From Opitutia bacterium (GTDB lineage Bacteria; Verrucomicrobiota; Verrucomicrobiia; Opitutales; Opitutaceae), in contig CANJVR010000005.1 of assembly GCA_947478395.1 (NCBI GenBank), positions 32,001 through 96,000 of the forward strand: DNA of 64,000 bases. The letters are read 5' to 3'. The position numbers and the translations under genes were made by a program. Below, piece by piece: positions 9,584-19,941 of the stretch (the first letter of the stretch is position 1; each line of letters starts with the position of its first letter). The notes under the pieces were generated by a model that saw nothing but the letters and a program-made list of their open reading frames with translations, was not told the DNA's origin and searched no databases.

Positions 9584-9889
9584 CTACCCAAGCAAGGCGC
9601 GGACGATCTGCTCCCACTCGGTCTTCAATTCCACATTCACATCCGGTATCGTCCGACCCGCCCTCGCATACCAATACCCGGCGTTGCCGAGGTCCCCTTC
9701 CTTGCGGTGCAAGTAGGCGTGGACCCACGCACCGCTGCGGCCCGGCTCTTTTTGCGCTGCCGCGTGAGCAGAATCCCACTCGCCCCGAGCTTCGAGCCAC
9801 AACGCGGCCAGCGCGCTACCGAGTGCCGCCGGGGGGTGGACCTCTCGCTGCAGCGATTCGCGAAATTCCTCAAATGACATTTGCGCCAC
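9584..9889 (-). CDS. Conserved small hypothetical protein
   Basis: Recognisable widespread motif W..AH..AQ...AWVHAYLHRKEGD.GNAGYWY.RAG. Confidence 0.8.
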   Translation of the reverse strand: MAQMSFEEFRESLQREVHPPAALGSALAALWLEARGEWDSAHAAAQKEPGRSGAWVHAYLHRKEGDLGNAGYWYARAGRTIPDVNVELKTEWEQIVRALLG

Positions 9890-9977
9890 GCTGGGGTACG
9901 GCCCCAGATTTTCAACCCTTCAACCCATAACACTCGCCTTCGTTTCTCCGCCGCCGCCGCCGGTTCATTTCTCCAAC

Positions 9978-10973
9978 ATGTCGATTCCTGAACACGCCCT
10001 GCTCCGTGCCCTGCTCACGCAGGACGCCGGCTGGGTCTCGGGCGAAACCCTCGCGGAAAAATTCGGGGTCAGTCGCGTCGCCGTGTGGCAGCATTTTGAG
10101 AAGCTGAGGCAGGCCGGCTACACCCTCGAATCCCAACGCTCGAAGGGCTACCGCCTCGTCGCCCCGCCGAACGACGTGCATGCCCCGTTGATCGATCTGC
10201 TACTCAAGGTCAGGCCGCGTAACTTCACGTTTACCGTCCTCAACGAGGTCGACAGCACCAACAGCGAAGCCGTCCGGGAGCTCGCCGCGGATCGCGCGAC
10301 TCCCTTCGCTATCATCGCGCGCAGCCAGACCAAGGGTCGCGGTCGCTTCGGGCGCGCGTGGCACAGCGAGGCTAACGGCAATCTCTACATCACCTTCGCG
10401 TTTCGGCCCCGCCTGGAGCCCGCGCGCATGACGCCGTTCACGCTTTGGATGGGACTAAATCTCTGCGAGGTGATCGCCAATTTCACGCAACTCTCACCGG
10501 GACTGAAATGGCCGAACGATCTGCTTTTCAACGGACGCAAAGCGGGCGGCATTCTGACCGAGGCCCGCATCGACGCCGACCAGATCCGCGATCTCGTCTT
10601 TGGGGTCGGCGTTAACGTCAACAGTCCCGCGAAGAACTGGCCTTCCGATCTTGGAAAAAGCGCGGTCTCGCTCACCGAACTCACGGGTGCGCCCTTGGAT
10701 TTCAACCGGCTCACCGCGGCGATCATCGGCCGCATGCTACTCGCCTACGAGAAATTTACCGGGGGCGACTACCATGACAGTTTCGCGGATCTGTGGCACC
10801 GCTACGATGTGCTGCGCGGGAAGAACGTCACCGTGCTGGAGAGCAAAACCCGCCACACTGGCCTTGTAACCGGCGTCGATGATGAAGGTGCGCTGCTCAT
10901 GCGCGATGCCCGCGGTCGCACGCAACGTTTCCGGGCCGGTGAGGTCACAATTGAAAAATCGCCCGCGATCTAG
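9978..10973 (+). CDS. birA: Bifunctional biotin-protein ligase/repressor
   Basis: N-terminal HTH (VSGETLAEKFGVSRVAVW), STN, QTKGRGRFGRAW, LKWPND, KAGGIL. Confidence 0.95.
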   Translation: MSIPEHALLRALLTQDAGWVSGETLAEKFGVSRVAVWQHFEKLRQAGYTLESQRSKGYRLVAPPNDVHAPLIDLLLKVRPRNFTFTVLNEVDSTNSEAVRELAADRATPFAIIARSQTKGRGRFGRAWHSEANGNLYITFAFRPRLEPARMTPFTLWMGLNLCEVIANFTQLSPGLKWPNDLLFNGRKAGGILTEARIDADQIRDLVFGVGVNVNSPAKNWPSDLGKSAVSLTELTGAPLDFNRLTAAIIGRMLLAYEKFTGGDYHDSFADLWHRYDVLRGKNVTVLESKTRHTGLVTGVDDEGALLMRDARGRTQRFRAGEVTIEKSPAI

Positions 10974-11023
10974 CGCCCGATTCCATTTCTTTCTCGAGCA
11001 ACTTTCTTCCTTTTCCTCACCGC

Positions 11024-12025
11024 ATGTCCGCCCCGCTGCCACCCGCCATCGAAGTTGTGCACTTGGTGAAATCCTACGCCGGCGCGGCCGCGGTCGCGGA
11101 TATCAGCTTCACGGTCGCGCGCGGCGAGATCATCGGCTTTCTCGGGCCCAACGGCGCGGGCAAGTCCACTACGATGCGCATCCTCACGGGTTATCTCCCG
11201 GCCAACTCCGGCACCGTGCGGATCTGCGGACATTCCGTCGCGGCCGAGACCGATGTGGTCAAACGCCTGATCGGCTACATGCCGGAAAATAATCCGCTGC
11301 CGGAGGACATGCGCGTCTCGGAATACCTTTACTTCCGAGGGCGACTCAAAGAAATCCCGCGCCGGAAGCTCGGCCCACGCATCGATGAAGTGCTCGAACT
11401 CTGCGATTTGAAACGGGTCCGACACAAAATCATCGGCCAGCTATCAAAGGGTTACCGCCAGCGCGTGGGCATCGCCGAGGCCATTCTCGCGGAGCCGCCG
11501 GTGATCATTATGGACGAGCCCACCATCGGCCTCGACCCGCATCAGATCCTCATCGTTCGCGATCTCATCGCCAGTCTGCGCGGACGCATGACGGTCATCA
11601 TCTCCTCCCATATTCTGCCCGAGATCGAAATGACCTGCGACCGCGTGCTGATCATCAACCGCGGCCGGGTCGTCGCTCAAGGCACGCCGGCCGAGTTGCG
11701 CCGTGAAATGTTCGGCCGCTCCACCTATAAAATCGAAGCGGCCGGGAACGTGGCCGAACTGCCGGCGCTGCTCGTCGCTCTCGAGCCGACGCTGACGATC
11801 TCGGCGCAGAGCGAGCCTGACGCTGCCGGTTTTTCGACGCTCACCCTCACGACTGAGCGGGCCGATGAACTGGGCGAACCACTGTTGCGCGGCCTGCTGG
11901 AAAAAAATTTCCGGGTGCGCGCGCTCAGCCGGAAGTATCCGACCCTCGAAGACGTTTTCCTCGCCGCCACCCGCCGAAGCTGGGATGCAGTGGCCGCGGC
12001 CCCGGTGCCGGGAAATTTAAAATAG
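11024..12025 (+). CDS. ABC-2 type ATP-binding protein (GldA-like)
   Basis: GPNGAGKST, LSKGYRQRVG, MDEPTIGLDP, SSHIL. Confidence 0.93.
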   Translation: MSAPLPPAIEVVHLVKSYAGAAAVADISFTVARGEIIGFLGPNGAGKSTTMRILTGYLPANSGTVRICGHSVAAETDVVKRLIGYMPENNPLPEDMRVSEYLYFRGRLKEIPRRKLGPRIDEVLELCDLKRVRHKIIGQLSKGYRQRVGIAEAILAEPPVIIMDEPTIGLDPHQILIVRDLIASLRGRMTVIISSHILPEIEMTCDRVLIINRGRVVAQGTPAELRREMFGRSTYKIEAAGNVAELPALLVALEPTLTISAQSEPDAAGFSTLTLTTERADELGEPLLRGLLEKNFRVRALSRKYPTLEDVFLAATRRSWDAVAAAPVPGNLK

Positions 12026-12049
12026 GCTCCAATCACTTCTCCTCCCCTC

Positions 12050-12811
12050 GTGAAACATTTCCCCACCCTCCTGAGCCATGAGTTGCGCATGCTGCTCGTC
12101 AGCCCGAGCACTTACATCGCGGGCACGGCATTTTTGTTTTTCATGGGTTTTATTTTCACGGGCATTCTCGAGAGCTACGCGAAAGCGGCCCAAGACGCGT
12201 CGCCCGCGACCGTCTTCTTCGATGTGTTCTGGCTGCCGGTTTTTTTCATCGTGCCGCTGCTTACCATGAAGTGCCTCGCCGAGGAACGGCGCTTGGGAAC
12301 AATCGAGACGCTGCTCACCACGCCGGTGACCACCACGGAGGTCGTCCTCGGAAAATACGCCGCGGCTTACGCCCTCTACGTCGCACTGTGGGGCGCGACC
12401 GGCGGCTTCTTTTATATCCTCCAGAAATTTTCGAGCGATCCCCGGCTCCTCGACCGCGGCCCGCTTTTCGGCGGCTACCTCTTCGTCGCAGTGTCGGGCT
12501 TGTTGTTTATCGCGGTTGGGGTGTTCGCGAGTTCCCTTTCGCGCAATCAGGCGGTCGCGGGGATTCTCGCGTTCATCATGCTCGCCGGTCTTATCATCGG
12601 CGGACGCTGGCTCGGCGAGGCGACTTTTCTGAATCGCGAGATCCTGGCGCCGGCCAAGGCCATCGTCGACTACGCGCAGATCTTTAACCACCGCGACGAT
12701 TTTACGCGTGGCGTGATCGATGCCCGTCACCTGTTATTTTACGCGAGCGGCACGGTGCTCGCGCTGATCTTCAGCATTCTCAGTGTCGAGGCGAAGTTGT
12801 TGCACAGCTAA
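12050..12811 (+). CDS. ABC-2 permease (GldF-like)
   Basis: Six TM helices; PLLTM..LAEERRLGTIETLLTTP, VLGKY. Confidence 0.9.
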   Translation: MKHFPTLLSHELRMLLVSPSTYIAGTAFLFFMGFIFTGILESYAKAAQDASPATVFFDVFWLPVFFIVPLLTMKCLAEERRLGTIETLLTTPVTTTEVVLGKYAAAYALYVALWGATGGFFYILQKFSSDPRLLDRGPLFGGYLFVAVSGLLFIAVGVFASSLSRNQAVAGILAFIMLAGLIIGGRWLGEATFLNREILAPAKAIVDYAQIFNHRDDFTRGVIDARHLLFYASGTVLALIFSILSVEAKLLHS

Positions 12812-12812
12812 A

Positions 12813-14345
12813 ATGTCCGCCCCATTTGACGCTTTCCGCACGGCGCGGTGGTTTCGCACCATCAACCTGCTGCTGCAGGCCCTCCTCGTTCTCACGCTCG
12901 TCGGCGGGCTTAACTACCTCGCGCGGAATCATCCGGTGCGCTTTGACCTGACGCGCCTTCGCCGTTTCTCGCTTTCGCCCGAAACGCTCTCGTACATCAG
13001 AAATCTCCGCCAACCAGTGCGCATCGTCGTTACGCAGAGCGCGGACGACAACGAGGCCCCCGAGCTGCGCGGCTTGCTGCAGGAATACAAAATCGCGACC
13101 GAAGCCAACCCCAACGCCCAGATCACGGTCGACTACATCGACGTGTATCAGGACCGGCGCAAAGCCGAGGAACTCGGTCTCAAACAACCGGGCGTCATCC
13201 GCCTGTTCTCGGGCGACCGGAGCCGGGCGCTGACGGTTAACGAACTCTACAAGACCCGTCGCATAGAGGACAAATCAACCAACCTCCCCGGCGCCACCAC
13301 CCTCGAACGTACGCACTTCCAAGGCGAACAGGCGCTCACTGGCGCCGTGCTCGATGTCTCCAGTCCCGATCGCAAAAAAATCTATTTCCTGTCAGGCCAC
13401 GGCGAACTGGACCCCGGCAGCACGGACCCAGCGAGAGGTCTCTCCGATGTTCGGGACCAGCTTCGCCTGCGCAACTTCGACGTCGATACCCTCGATCTTG
13501 CCGCTGCCCGCCAAGTACCGCTCGACGCCAGCTTGCTTATTATCACCCGTCCGCAAAGTCGCTACCGCCCCGCCGAACAGGAGCTCCTCCGCGAATATCT
13601 AGGCGCCCGAGCCGGACGCCTGCTGCTTTTTCTCGAGCCTGGATTGGAGGTCGGGGCGCTCGGTCTCGGTCTCGACGAACTGCTTTTCGACGACTGGGGC
13701 ATCATCGTCGACGACGATCTGATTTGGGATACCGGGTCCAACAACATCACGGAAGACGGCGAACTTCTGCTCTACTCGTTTCAGGATCATCCCGTCACAA
13801 AAGCGCTCATCACTTCTAACACCCCCCTTCGCCTCGGGCTCGCTCGCAGTGTCCACCCGAATCCTGCCCGCTCCGTCGGCAACGGACTGACCACGGTGAC
13901 TCTCGCCGCCACCTCCCCCGGCGCGTGGGGCGAGAAGGAATATCGGAAAGTCCCGTTTGCCTACAATCCGGGCATCGACTTCCGGCCGCTGCCCGGACTC
14001 GAACCGAAAGACCGGCTCGGCGTGATTGTCGCCGCGGAAAAAACCGCGGTTCGCCCCGGCCTTGCGTTCAGCGTGCGCGGCGGTCGCGTCGTCGCCTTCG
14101 GCACGGGGGATTTGATCGCCAATCAGCGCATCGCCGATGCCGGTAACCAAACCGTTTTCATCAGTGCCGTGAACTGGGCCGTCGACCGCGATACCCAGCT
14201 GAATATCCCCGCGCGCCCCATCGAGCGTTTTCAACTCGCGCTCAGTGCCGGCGAACTCGCGCGCCTGCGCTACGCCCTGCTTTTTGCCCTGCCCGGCCTC
14301 AGCGCGTTTCTCGGTATCATCGTCTACTGGACCCGCCGCCACTGA
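12813..14345 (+). CDS. GldG-like ABC auxiliary protein
   Basis: ATG at 12813; RFDLT....SLSPET, KIYFLSGHGE, N..F..AVNW, C-terminal TM ending WTRRH. Confidence 0.88.
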   Translation: MSAPFDAFRTARWFRTINLLLQALLVLTLVGGLNYLARNHPVRFDLTRLRRFSLSPETLSYIRNLRQPVRIVVTQSADDNEAPELRGLLQEYKIATEANPNAQITVDYIDVYQDRRKAEELGLKQPGVIRLFSGDRSRALTVNELYKTRRIEDKSTNLPGATTLERTHFQGEQALTGAVLDVSSPDRKKIYFLSGHGELDPGSTDPARGLSDVRDQLRLRNFDVDTLDLAAARQVPLDASLLIITRPQSRYRPAEQELLREYLGARAGRLLLFLEPGLEVGALGLGLDELLFDDWGIIVDDDLIWDTGSNNITEDGELLLYSFQDHPVTKALITSNTPLRLGLARSVHPNPARSVGNGLTTVTLAATSPGAWGEKEYRKVPFAYNPGIDFRPLPGLEPKDRLGVIVAAEKTAVRPGLAFSVRGGRVVAFGTGDLIANQRIADAGNQTVFISAVNWAVDRDTQLNIPARPIERFQLALSAGELARLRYALLFALPGLSAFLGIIVYWTRRH

Positions 14346-14414
14346 TTCAAGCTGGGGCGCGGTCTTGCCGCGCCCGCTTCACCCCGCACCCTCTTCCTGC
14401 CCTTCTCTCCCAAC

Positions 14415-16442
14415 ATGCGCACCAAAGTCACGCTGGTCCTGCTCTTCCTGAACGTCGCGCTGTTCTTCTTCATCTTCAAATTCGAGGGTAGCTGGCGCAC
14501 CGAACGCGCCTCGCTCGAAGCCCGCCGCCGCGTGCTCGGCGCGGAGGCCGCCGACATTCGCACGCTTTCCGTTACGAGTACCGCCCCCGGCGGCTCATTC
14601 GCGCTCAGCCGGCGCGGCGCCAACTGGTTTCTCACCACGCCTCTCGACTGGCCGGCTAACGTCCACGCGGTCAACCGCATCCTCGGTGAACTTAAACTCC
14701 TCGAGCACGACGCAAGCTTCGAGGTCGCCGCGTTGAAAAATAACGGCCAGTCCCTCGCCGACTACGGCCTCGACAAACCGCGGCTCACGCTCGCGTTCAA
14801 TTCCGGCGACGCCACCGGAGATGTTTCCTCCCGCACGACCACGATTCTAATCGGCGACACGACTCCCGACGGCAACCGCCTGTACCTGCTCTCGGCCGAC
14901 GGCGAACGCGTCCACGTTGTCCCTCGCGCCGTGGCCGAAAGCCTGACGCTTCCGATCGACCAGCTCCGCAACGACGGCATCCTCAGCATCCCCGTCTACG
15001 AGGCACGCGGTCTGCGCCTGGTCCGCACCAGCACGGCAAGCACGGGCACCGCGGCCGTCGTGCTCCACCGCGACGGTGCCCGCGAAGTGGCCCACTGGTC
15101 GTTCGACACCCCGATCGTCGCTCGCGCCAGCAAAAATGCCACTGAACTCACGCTGAATTCCCTGTTCTCGCTCCGGGCGAAAACCTTTCTCACCGACAAT
15201 CCGCCGGGCGCGCTGCCGTCGGCCGCACCCACCCTGCGCGTCACCGTGGAAGGCAACAACCGGCGCGAAACGCTTCTGCTCGGCGAGCCCGTACCGCCGG
15301 CCAGCCTGAAACCCGAAACCCAGAACTCAAAACCGGGCGCCGCCGCCCCCGCCTCAACCGAATACTACGCCCAGCTGGAGGGCCGCACCGCATTGTTCAC
15401 CGTCGTGATCGAAGAGACGCTTCAGGCCACGCTGCTCAACGCCCAGAAAGAACTTCGCGAAACGCTCCTGCTCGAATTCGAACCCCGCAGTGTGACCGCA
15501 ATCACCATCAACGCGCCGAACCAGCCGCCCCTAATCCTGCAGCGAGACCTCGCGGCCAACTCGGCTGACACCGCCCCGTGGCAGGTCGTACGACGCAGCG
15601 AGAATTCCCCGGCGCCGCAAACACGGCCCGCCGACCGCGCGGCCGTGCAGCGCTTACTTGAGCAACTTGCGCTGCTCACGGTCCAAAAATTCTCCAGCGA
15701 TGCACCCACCGCCGCCGAATTAGAAAACTGGGGCTTCAACCGGCCGGAACGGGAAATCACGCTGAGCCTCGCTGGGCCCAGACCAGCAGGCACCCCGCTT
15801 TCACCCGCCTCGAAGCCCGGCGAAAATCCCGCCGCCGCCAATTCTCAGATCACGCTAAAAGTCGGCCTCGCCACCCAACGCGACAACCTCGCCTATGCCC
15901 AGCTCGTCGGACCCGTGCCGTCGGTCTACGCGGTTTCGCCCGACATTCTCCGCGAGACCCCGACCGCTTTCCGCGCTTGGCGCGACCGGCTCGTGCGCGA
16001 ATTGCCCGGCCCCGTCCGCATCAGTGCGTTGAAACTCACCGACCTCGCCAACAACACCGTCCTGGCCGAGGTCGCCTTCGACGCGTCCGGCAATCTGCCG
16101 GCGGAGACGCCCAACGCCAAACCGCTCACCGAGCTGGCCGCCGCGCTTCGCGTCCTCCGCGCAAAAAGTTTCGTGCAGGACAATTTCACCGAAACGATGT
16201 TCATCCGCGGGGAAGAACGCGCGTGGCGGTTCCGCCTCGACACCACCATCGTTTTGCCCGCCGGAGCGGCCAACGCGCAGACGACCACCAGCACGCTCCT
16301 CTTCACCGAGCGCAGTGGCGGAGCGCAACAAATCGCGGGCTCGCGCGAATCCGATCTGGTCTTCGAAATCGAACAGCCACTCGTCGACGCACTCTGGGCC
16401 ATCACTTACGGCCCGCGCGATCCGAGTGCCGTTACCAAATAA
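14415..16442 (+). CDS. DUF4340-domain membrane-anchored periplasmic protein
   Basis: N-terminal TM anchor; repeated L..YGLDKP / L.NWGFNRP and IG..T/VG motifs; usual fourth gene of Gld-like ABC loci. Confidence 0.8.
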   Translation: MRTKVTLVLLFLNVALFFFIFKFEGSWRTERASLEARRRVLGAEAADIRTLSVTSTAPGGSFALSRRGANWFLTTPLDWPANVHAVNRILGELKLLEHDASFEVAALKNNGQSLADYGLDKPRLTLAFNSGDATGDVSSRTTTILIGDTTPDGNRLYLLSADGERVHVVPRAVAESLTLPIDQLRNDGILSIPVYEARGLRLVRTSTASTGTAAVVLHRDGAREVAHWSFDTPIVARASKNATELTLNSLFSLRAKTFLTDNPPGALPSAAPTLRVTVEGNNRRETLLLGEPVPPASLKPETQNSKPGAAAPASTEYYAQLEGRTALFTVVIEETLQATLLNAQKELRETLLLEFEPRSVTAITINAPNQPPLILQRDLAANSADTAPWQVVRRSENSPAPQTRPADRAAVQRLLEQLALLTVQKFSSDAPTAAELENWGFNRPEREITLSLAGPRPAGTPLSPASKPGENPAAANSQITLKVGLATQRDNLAYAQLVGPVPSVYAVSPDILRETPTAFRAWRDRLVRELPGPVRISALKLTDLANNTVLAEVAFDASGNLPAETPNAKPLTELAAALRVLRAKSFVQDNFTETMFIRGEERAWRFRLDTTIVLPAGAANAQTTTSTLLFTERSGGAQQIAGSRESDLVFEIEQPLVDALWAITYGPRDPSAVTK

Positions 16443-16468
16443 AACCGACGCCGCCGCACGTCGCTGCA

Positions 16469-19243
16469 ATGCGCGCTTTTCTAAAAATCTGCCTGACGGC
16501 CAGCCGGCATTGTGTGCTCAGCGTGTGCACGCTCGTGCTGTGGACTTTCTGGCTGGGCCTCGGACTGCTACTCGGGCTCCAGATTTACATCGCCCGCGTG
16601 CACGAGCTCGAAGTGCCTTCGTACATTTTGCGAGCGGTCGAACAGCGTTACCTCTCCGCCGGGCTCCATACCACCTTCGGGCGCACGCGCTTCGATCCTT
16701 CCGGCCATCTCCTGATCGAAGACCTACGCGCCACGGTTCCTTCGTTCGAGGAGCCCATCGTCACCGTTCGGACGCTCTCCGCCCGGCTCAATCCATGGAC
16801 ACTGCTCGTCGGGCGCGTGGATGAACTCGAAGTGAGCGCGACCGGGGTGACCCTCTTCGTGCCCGCCATGCTTTCGGCCTCAGGTCGGGTCGAGGAACTC
16901 GTCCGCAATCTCGACGTCACCTTCGCGCCCCACGGCGAGCAGCTTACGCTGCTAAATCTAGCCGGCATGATCGGTTCACTCCCGATTTCGGCGCACGGCA
17001 CGGTCCAGCTCGCCCCGCACCGCGCCGGCCAGCCCTCTCCGCCGCCGGTCGCCGAGTTCCTCGCCCAAAACTACGCTGCGCTCTCGCGTCGCATCGCCAC
17101 CGCGTTGGTTCGCTTGAACAGTTTCGAATCGCCTCACGTGCACCTGGAGCTAACGCCCGCGAAAAATCGCGGCGCAATTGCAGACGTCGTTTTGACCGCC
17201 AGCGGTTTCCATTGGTCCAACCCCGCGATTCAAACCGGCCCGCTCTTAGTGACCACCCAAGTGACGCTGCCTTCCGAGGCGCCCACCCCTATCGACCTGG
17301 CCATCGACCTCGATCGCTTTTCCGTACCGGGCAATGGTGCGGGCGAACGATTACACGCGCAGATCAACGGCACGCTCCGCGCCGCATCCGGCGCTTTCGA
17401 CCCGATCACGGCGGATCTAACGGCGGCTGAATTTCGGATCGCCGGGGCTCGGTTGAGCAGCACCGCTCTGCACCTCACGCCAGGGCCACTCCCACGTCTC
17501 GCCGTCAACCTAACCACTCGCTTCGCCGGCCAGCCACTTTACGCGACTGTCACCGCCGATCTCGAAGCGCAGGCCGCGCAGGTCGCCTTCAGCGGGTTCG
17601 TCGACAACGGTCTGCTCGGAGTCATCGGCCAACAAATCGGCCAGGACGTGCGGGCGTGGATCGATTTTCCCGAACCCGCCTCGGTCCTCGCGGCGGACGC
17701 CTCTTTCGCGGCCGGCTGGAAATGGGAAAAACTCAACGCCCGGATCGTCGTTCCCGCGATTAACGCCTTTCACGTGCCACTCACCGACGGTCGCGTGGCC
17801 GTCGAGCTGACGCCGACACGGCTCTACGCGCCGGAGGCCTTTGCCCGCATCGGCGAAAATTTTGCCCGCGGCACATATGATCACGACCCGGCGACGAATC
17901 GCTACCGGTTCCTCCTCGACGGTGAACTGCGCCCGCTCGCCATCTCCGGGTGGTTCAACGGCAGTTGGTGGCCGAATTTTTTCAACAACCTCGTTTTCCC
18001 AGCCGCAACGCCCAGCGCCAGCGTGGAAGTGGCGGGACGCTGGGGCCGCAACACCGCGGGTGAATCCCGTGTGCTGGTGATCGCTGCAAGTCCTGCACTG
18101 GAAATCTATGGGGCGAAATTCGAGGACGCCCGCGCCCGGCTTTTCATCCGCCCCAATTTTCTAGACGTCTACGAGTTTTCCGGGGCCGCCGGACCGGGGC
18201 GCGTCAGCGGAAAATTTAACCGGCGCCTCGATGCGACCACGCAAACTTTGAACAGCGCGGAATTCGATGTGGTCTCGAACATCGATCCAGCCGGCCCGGC
18301 CCGGATGTTTGGCAACGCCGGACGCGAGTTGGTAGAGCCGTTTGCTTTCGACCAGCCCCCGGCATTGACGATCCGCGGGCGAATCGACGGCGCAGCGGCA
18401 CCGGGCGGTGCACATACGTCCGTCGACGTCGATGCCCGCTCGAACGGCGCGTTTCGCTTTCATGATTTCCCACTCGAATACGCCGCGCTCCAAGTCGTCC
18501 TACGTGACGACGTGCTCGCGCTCGAATCGGTCGAAGCGGGATTCGCTGGTGGCACGGTTACCGGGCGCACAAAAGTATGGGGTCGCGGCGGGGATCGCCG
18601 CCTCGGCTTCGACTACGCGTTAAAAGGGGCCGGACTTGGCCGCGCGATCGCCACCCTGGAAAATTTCGCCGCTCAGCGGAAAAAAGCGCCGATGCCGCCA
18701 CCTAATCGGTTTCTCAACGACAAAGCCAATCTGCGGTTCGAACTCGCCGCCTCAGCCGAGGGAAAATACGACGACCCCTTCAGCTATCGCGGCGAGGGCA
18801 ACGCCTCCTTGAGCGGTGCGGAACTCGGCGAAGTGAAACTCTTGGGCCTGCTCTCGGATCTTTTTAGTTTCACCGCGCTCCGGTTCAACATGGCGCGCGC
18901 GACCTTTCGCATCGACGGGACGCAGTTGGTTTTTTCCGACGTCAGTCTCACGGGCGCGAATTCCGCGATCAATGCCCATGGCACGTACGCGCTTGACCGA
19001 CGCGCACTCGATTTCAACGCGAAGATTTTCCCATTTCAGGAAAGCGACCCCGGCTTAAAAACCCTGGTGGGCGCCGTGCTGTCGCCACTCTCAAATGTAT
19101 TTGAAGTGAAACTCGGCGGTTCTCTCGACCAGCCGTCGTGGCGTTTCGCCATCGGGCCGAGCAACCTGCTCCGCAACCCAAACGAAGGGGCGCCGGCGCC
19201 GGAATTGCCCTTACCGCCCGTGAAACCCACTCCGCCGCCGTAA
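16469..19243 (+). CDS. AsmA-like/YhdP-type large beta-rich envelope protein
   Basis: Probable ATG at 16469; N-terminal TM, long beta-strand pattern, C-terminal FEVKLGGSLDQPSW typical of AsmA_2. Confidence 0.75.
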   Translation: MRAFLKICLTASRHCVLSVCTLVLWTFWLGLGLLLGLQIYIARVHELEVPSYILRAVEQRYLSAGLHTTFGRTRFDPSGHLLIEDLRATVPSFEEPIVTVRTLSARLNPWTLLVGRVDELEVSATGVTLFVPAMLSASGRVEELVRNLDVTFAPHGEQLTLLNLAGMIGSLPISAHGTVQLAPHRAGQPSPPPVAEFLAQNYAALSRRIATALVRLNSFESPHVHLELTPAKNRGAIADVVLTASGFHWSNPAIQTGPLLVTTQVTLPSEAPTPIDLAIDLDRFSVPGNGAGERLHAQINGTLRAASGAFDPITADLTAAEFRIAGARLSSTALHLTPGPLPRLAVNLTTRFAGQPLYATVTADLEAQAAQVAFSGFVDNGLLGVIGQQIGQDVRAWIDFPEPASVLAADASFAAGWKWEKLNARIVVPAINAFHVPLTDGRVAVELTPTRLYAPEAFARIGENFARGTYDHDPATNRYRFLLDGELRPLAISGWFNGSWWPNFFNNLVFPAATPSASVEVAGRWGRNTAGESRVLVIAASPALEIYGAKFEDARARLFIRPNFLDVYEFSGAAGPGRVSGKFNRRLDATTQTLNSAEFDVVSNIDPAGPARMFGNAGRELVEPFAFDQPPALTIRGRIDGAAAPGGAHTSVDVDARSNGAFRFHDFPLEYAALQVVLRDDVLALESVEAGFAGGTVTGRTKVWGRGGDRRLGFDYALKGAGLGRAIATLENFAAQRKKAPMPPPNRFLNDKANLRFELAASAEGKYDDPFSYRGEGNASLSGAELGEVKLLGLLSDLFSFTALRFNMARATFRIDGTQLVFSDVSLTGANSAINAHGTYALDRRALDFNAKIFPFQESDPGLKTLVGAVLSPLSNVFEVKLGGSLDQPSWRFAIGPSNLLRNPNEGAPAPELPLPPVKPTPPP

Positions 19244-19254
19244 AGGGCGTAACA

Positions 19255-19344
19255 GGTAGGGAGCGTTGTTCTTAACGCGCCGGTTTGATATCACTTCCCT
19301 AGGCGCCGAGTGACAGCGGCGGATTAAGGATAACCCGCGCCACC
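19255..19344 (-). repeat. Family A REP-like element, reverse orientation
   Basis: Aligns end to end with the reverse complement of 9461-9552; between convergent genes. Confidence 0.8.
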
Positions 19345-19363
19345 TTCGAGCGATCCCCGCCGT

Positions 19364-19819
19364 CTAAGACTGGATCTTAGGATTTTCCTCGCCGAGGGCA
19401 CTGGCCAGATCGGTGAGATGTTCCTGTTCTTGAACGATAATTTCACGCAGCACTTCGCTCAACGCGTATTCGCCCATGGCCTCGGCCTGACGGATGCGTT
19501 CGCGATAGTTGAGGATGGTCACGCGCTCGTTTTCCAATTCGAAGCGCAGCATATCGTCCGGGTCTTCCGACATCTTAACGGCGTTCGGTGTGGGCACCGG
19601 CGTCCCGTTAAAATAGTCGATCTGCTTAGCGATTTTAATCGCGTGTTCGAGCTCCTCGCCGGCGTGCTGCTGCAATTCGCGGGCGATGTGCTGATACTTC
19701 GCGCCTTTCATCGTCTGGCTGTAAACCACGCAGGTGATGACCGACTGAAATTCACGGGCTAAGTCCTCGTTGAGGAACTCGATCATTTCTTTGCGGGTGA
19801 TGGCTGGCGTTTTTTTCAT
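19364..19819 (-). CDS. Ferritin/bacterioferritin-like di-iron protein
   Basis: ATG at 19819; LNEDLARE, EELEHA, LENE...Y, QEQEH di-iron pattern. Confidence 0.88.
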   Translation of the reverse strand: MKKTPAITRKEMIEFLNEDLAREFQSVITCVVYSQTMKGAKYQHIARELQQHAGEELEHAIKIAKQIDYFNGTPVPTPNAVKMSEDPDDMLRFELENERVTILNYRERIRQAEAMGEYALSEVLREIIVQEQEHLTDLASALGEENPKIQS

Positions 19820-19941
19820 CGGTGCAGTGGTGCCTCCACGCATCGACCAGGGTTTGAGCCAACGGTGCCCTGCGCCGCAGATAGATCCGGGGCGGTCAAA
19901 TTTATTCCCTCCGCGCAGCCAGAGGGTTTTCGGATCGGCCC

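Noticed and set aside
4287..10973. Biotin operon (bioF plus birA)
   Set aside because: The genes are separated by unrelated, oppositely oriented genes, no other bio genes are present, and motifs lean towards SPT; BioF is not fully excluded
15977..16468. N-terminal extension of the AsmA-like ORF (1088 aa)
   Set aside because: Overlaps the DUF4340 gene in another frame and is Arg-rich junk; TM anchor follows ATG 16469
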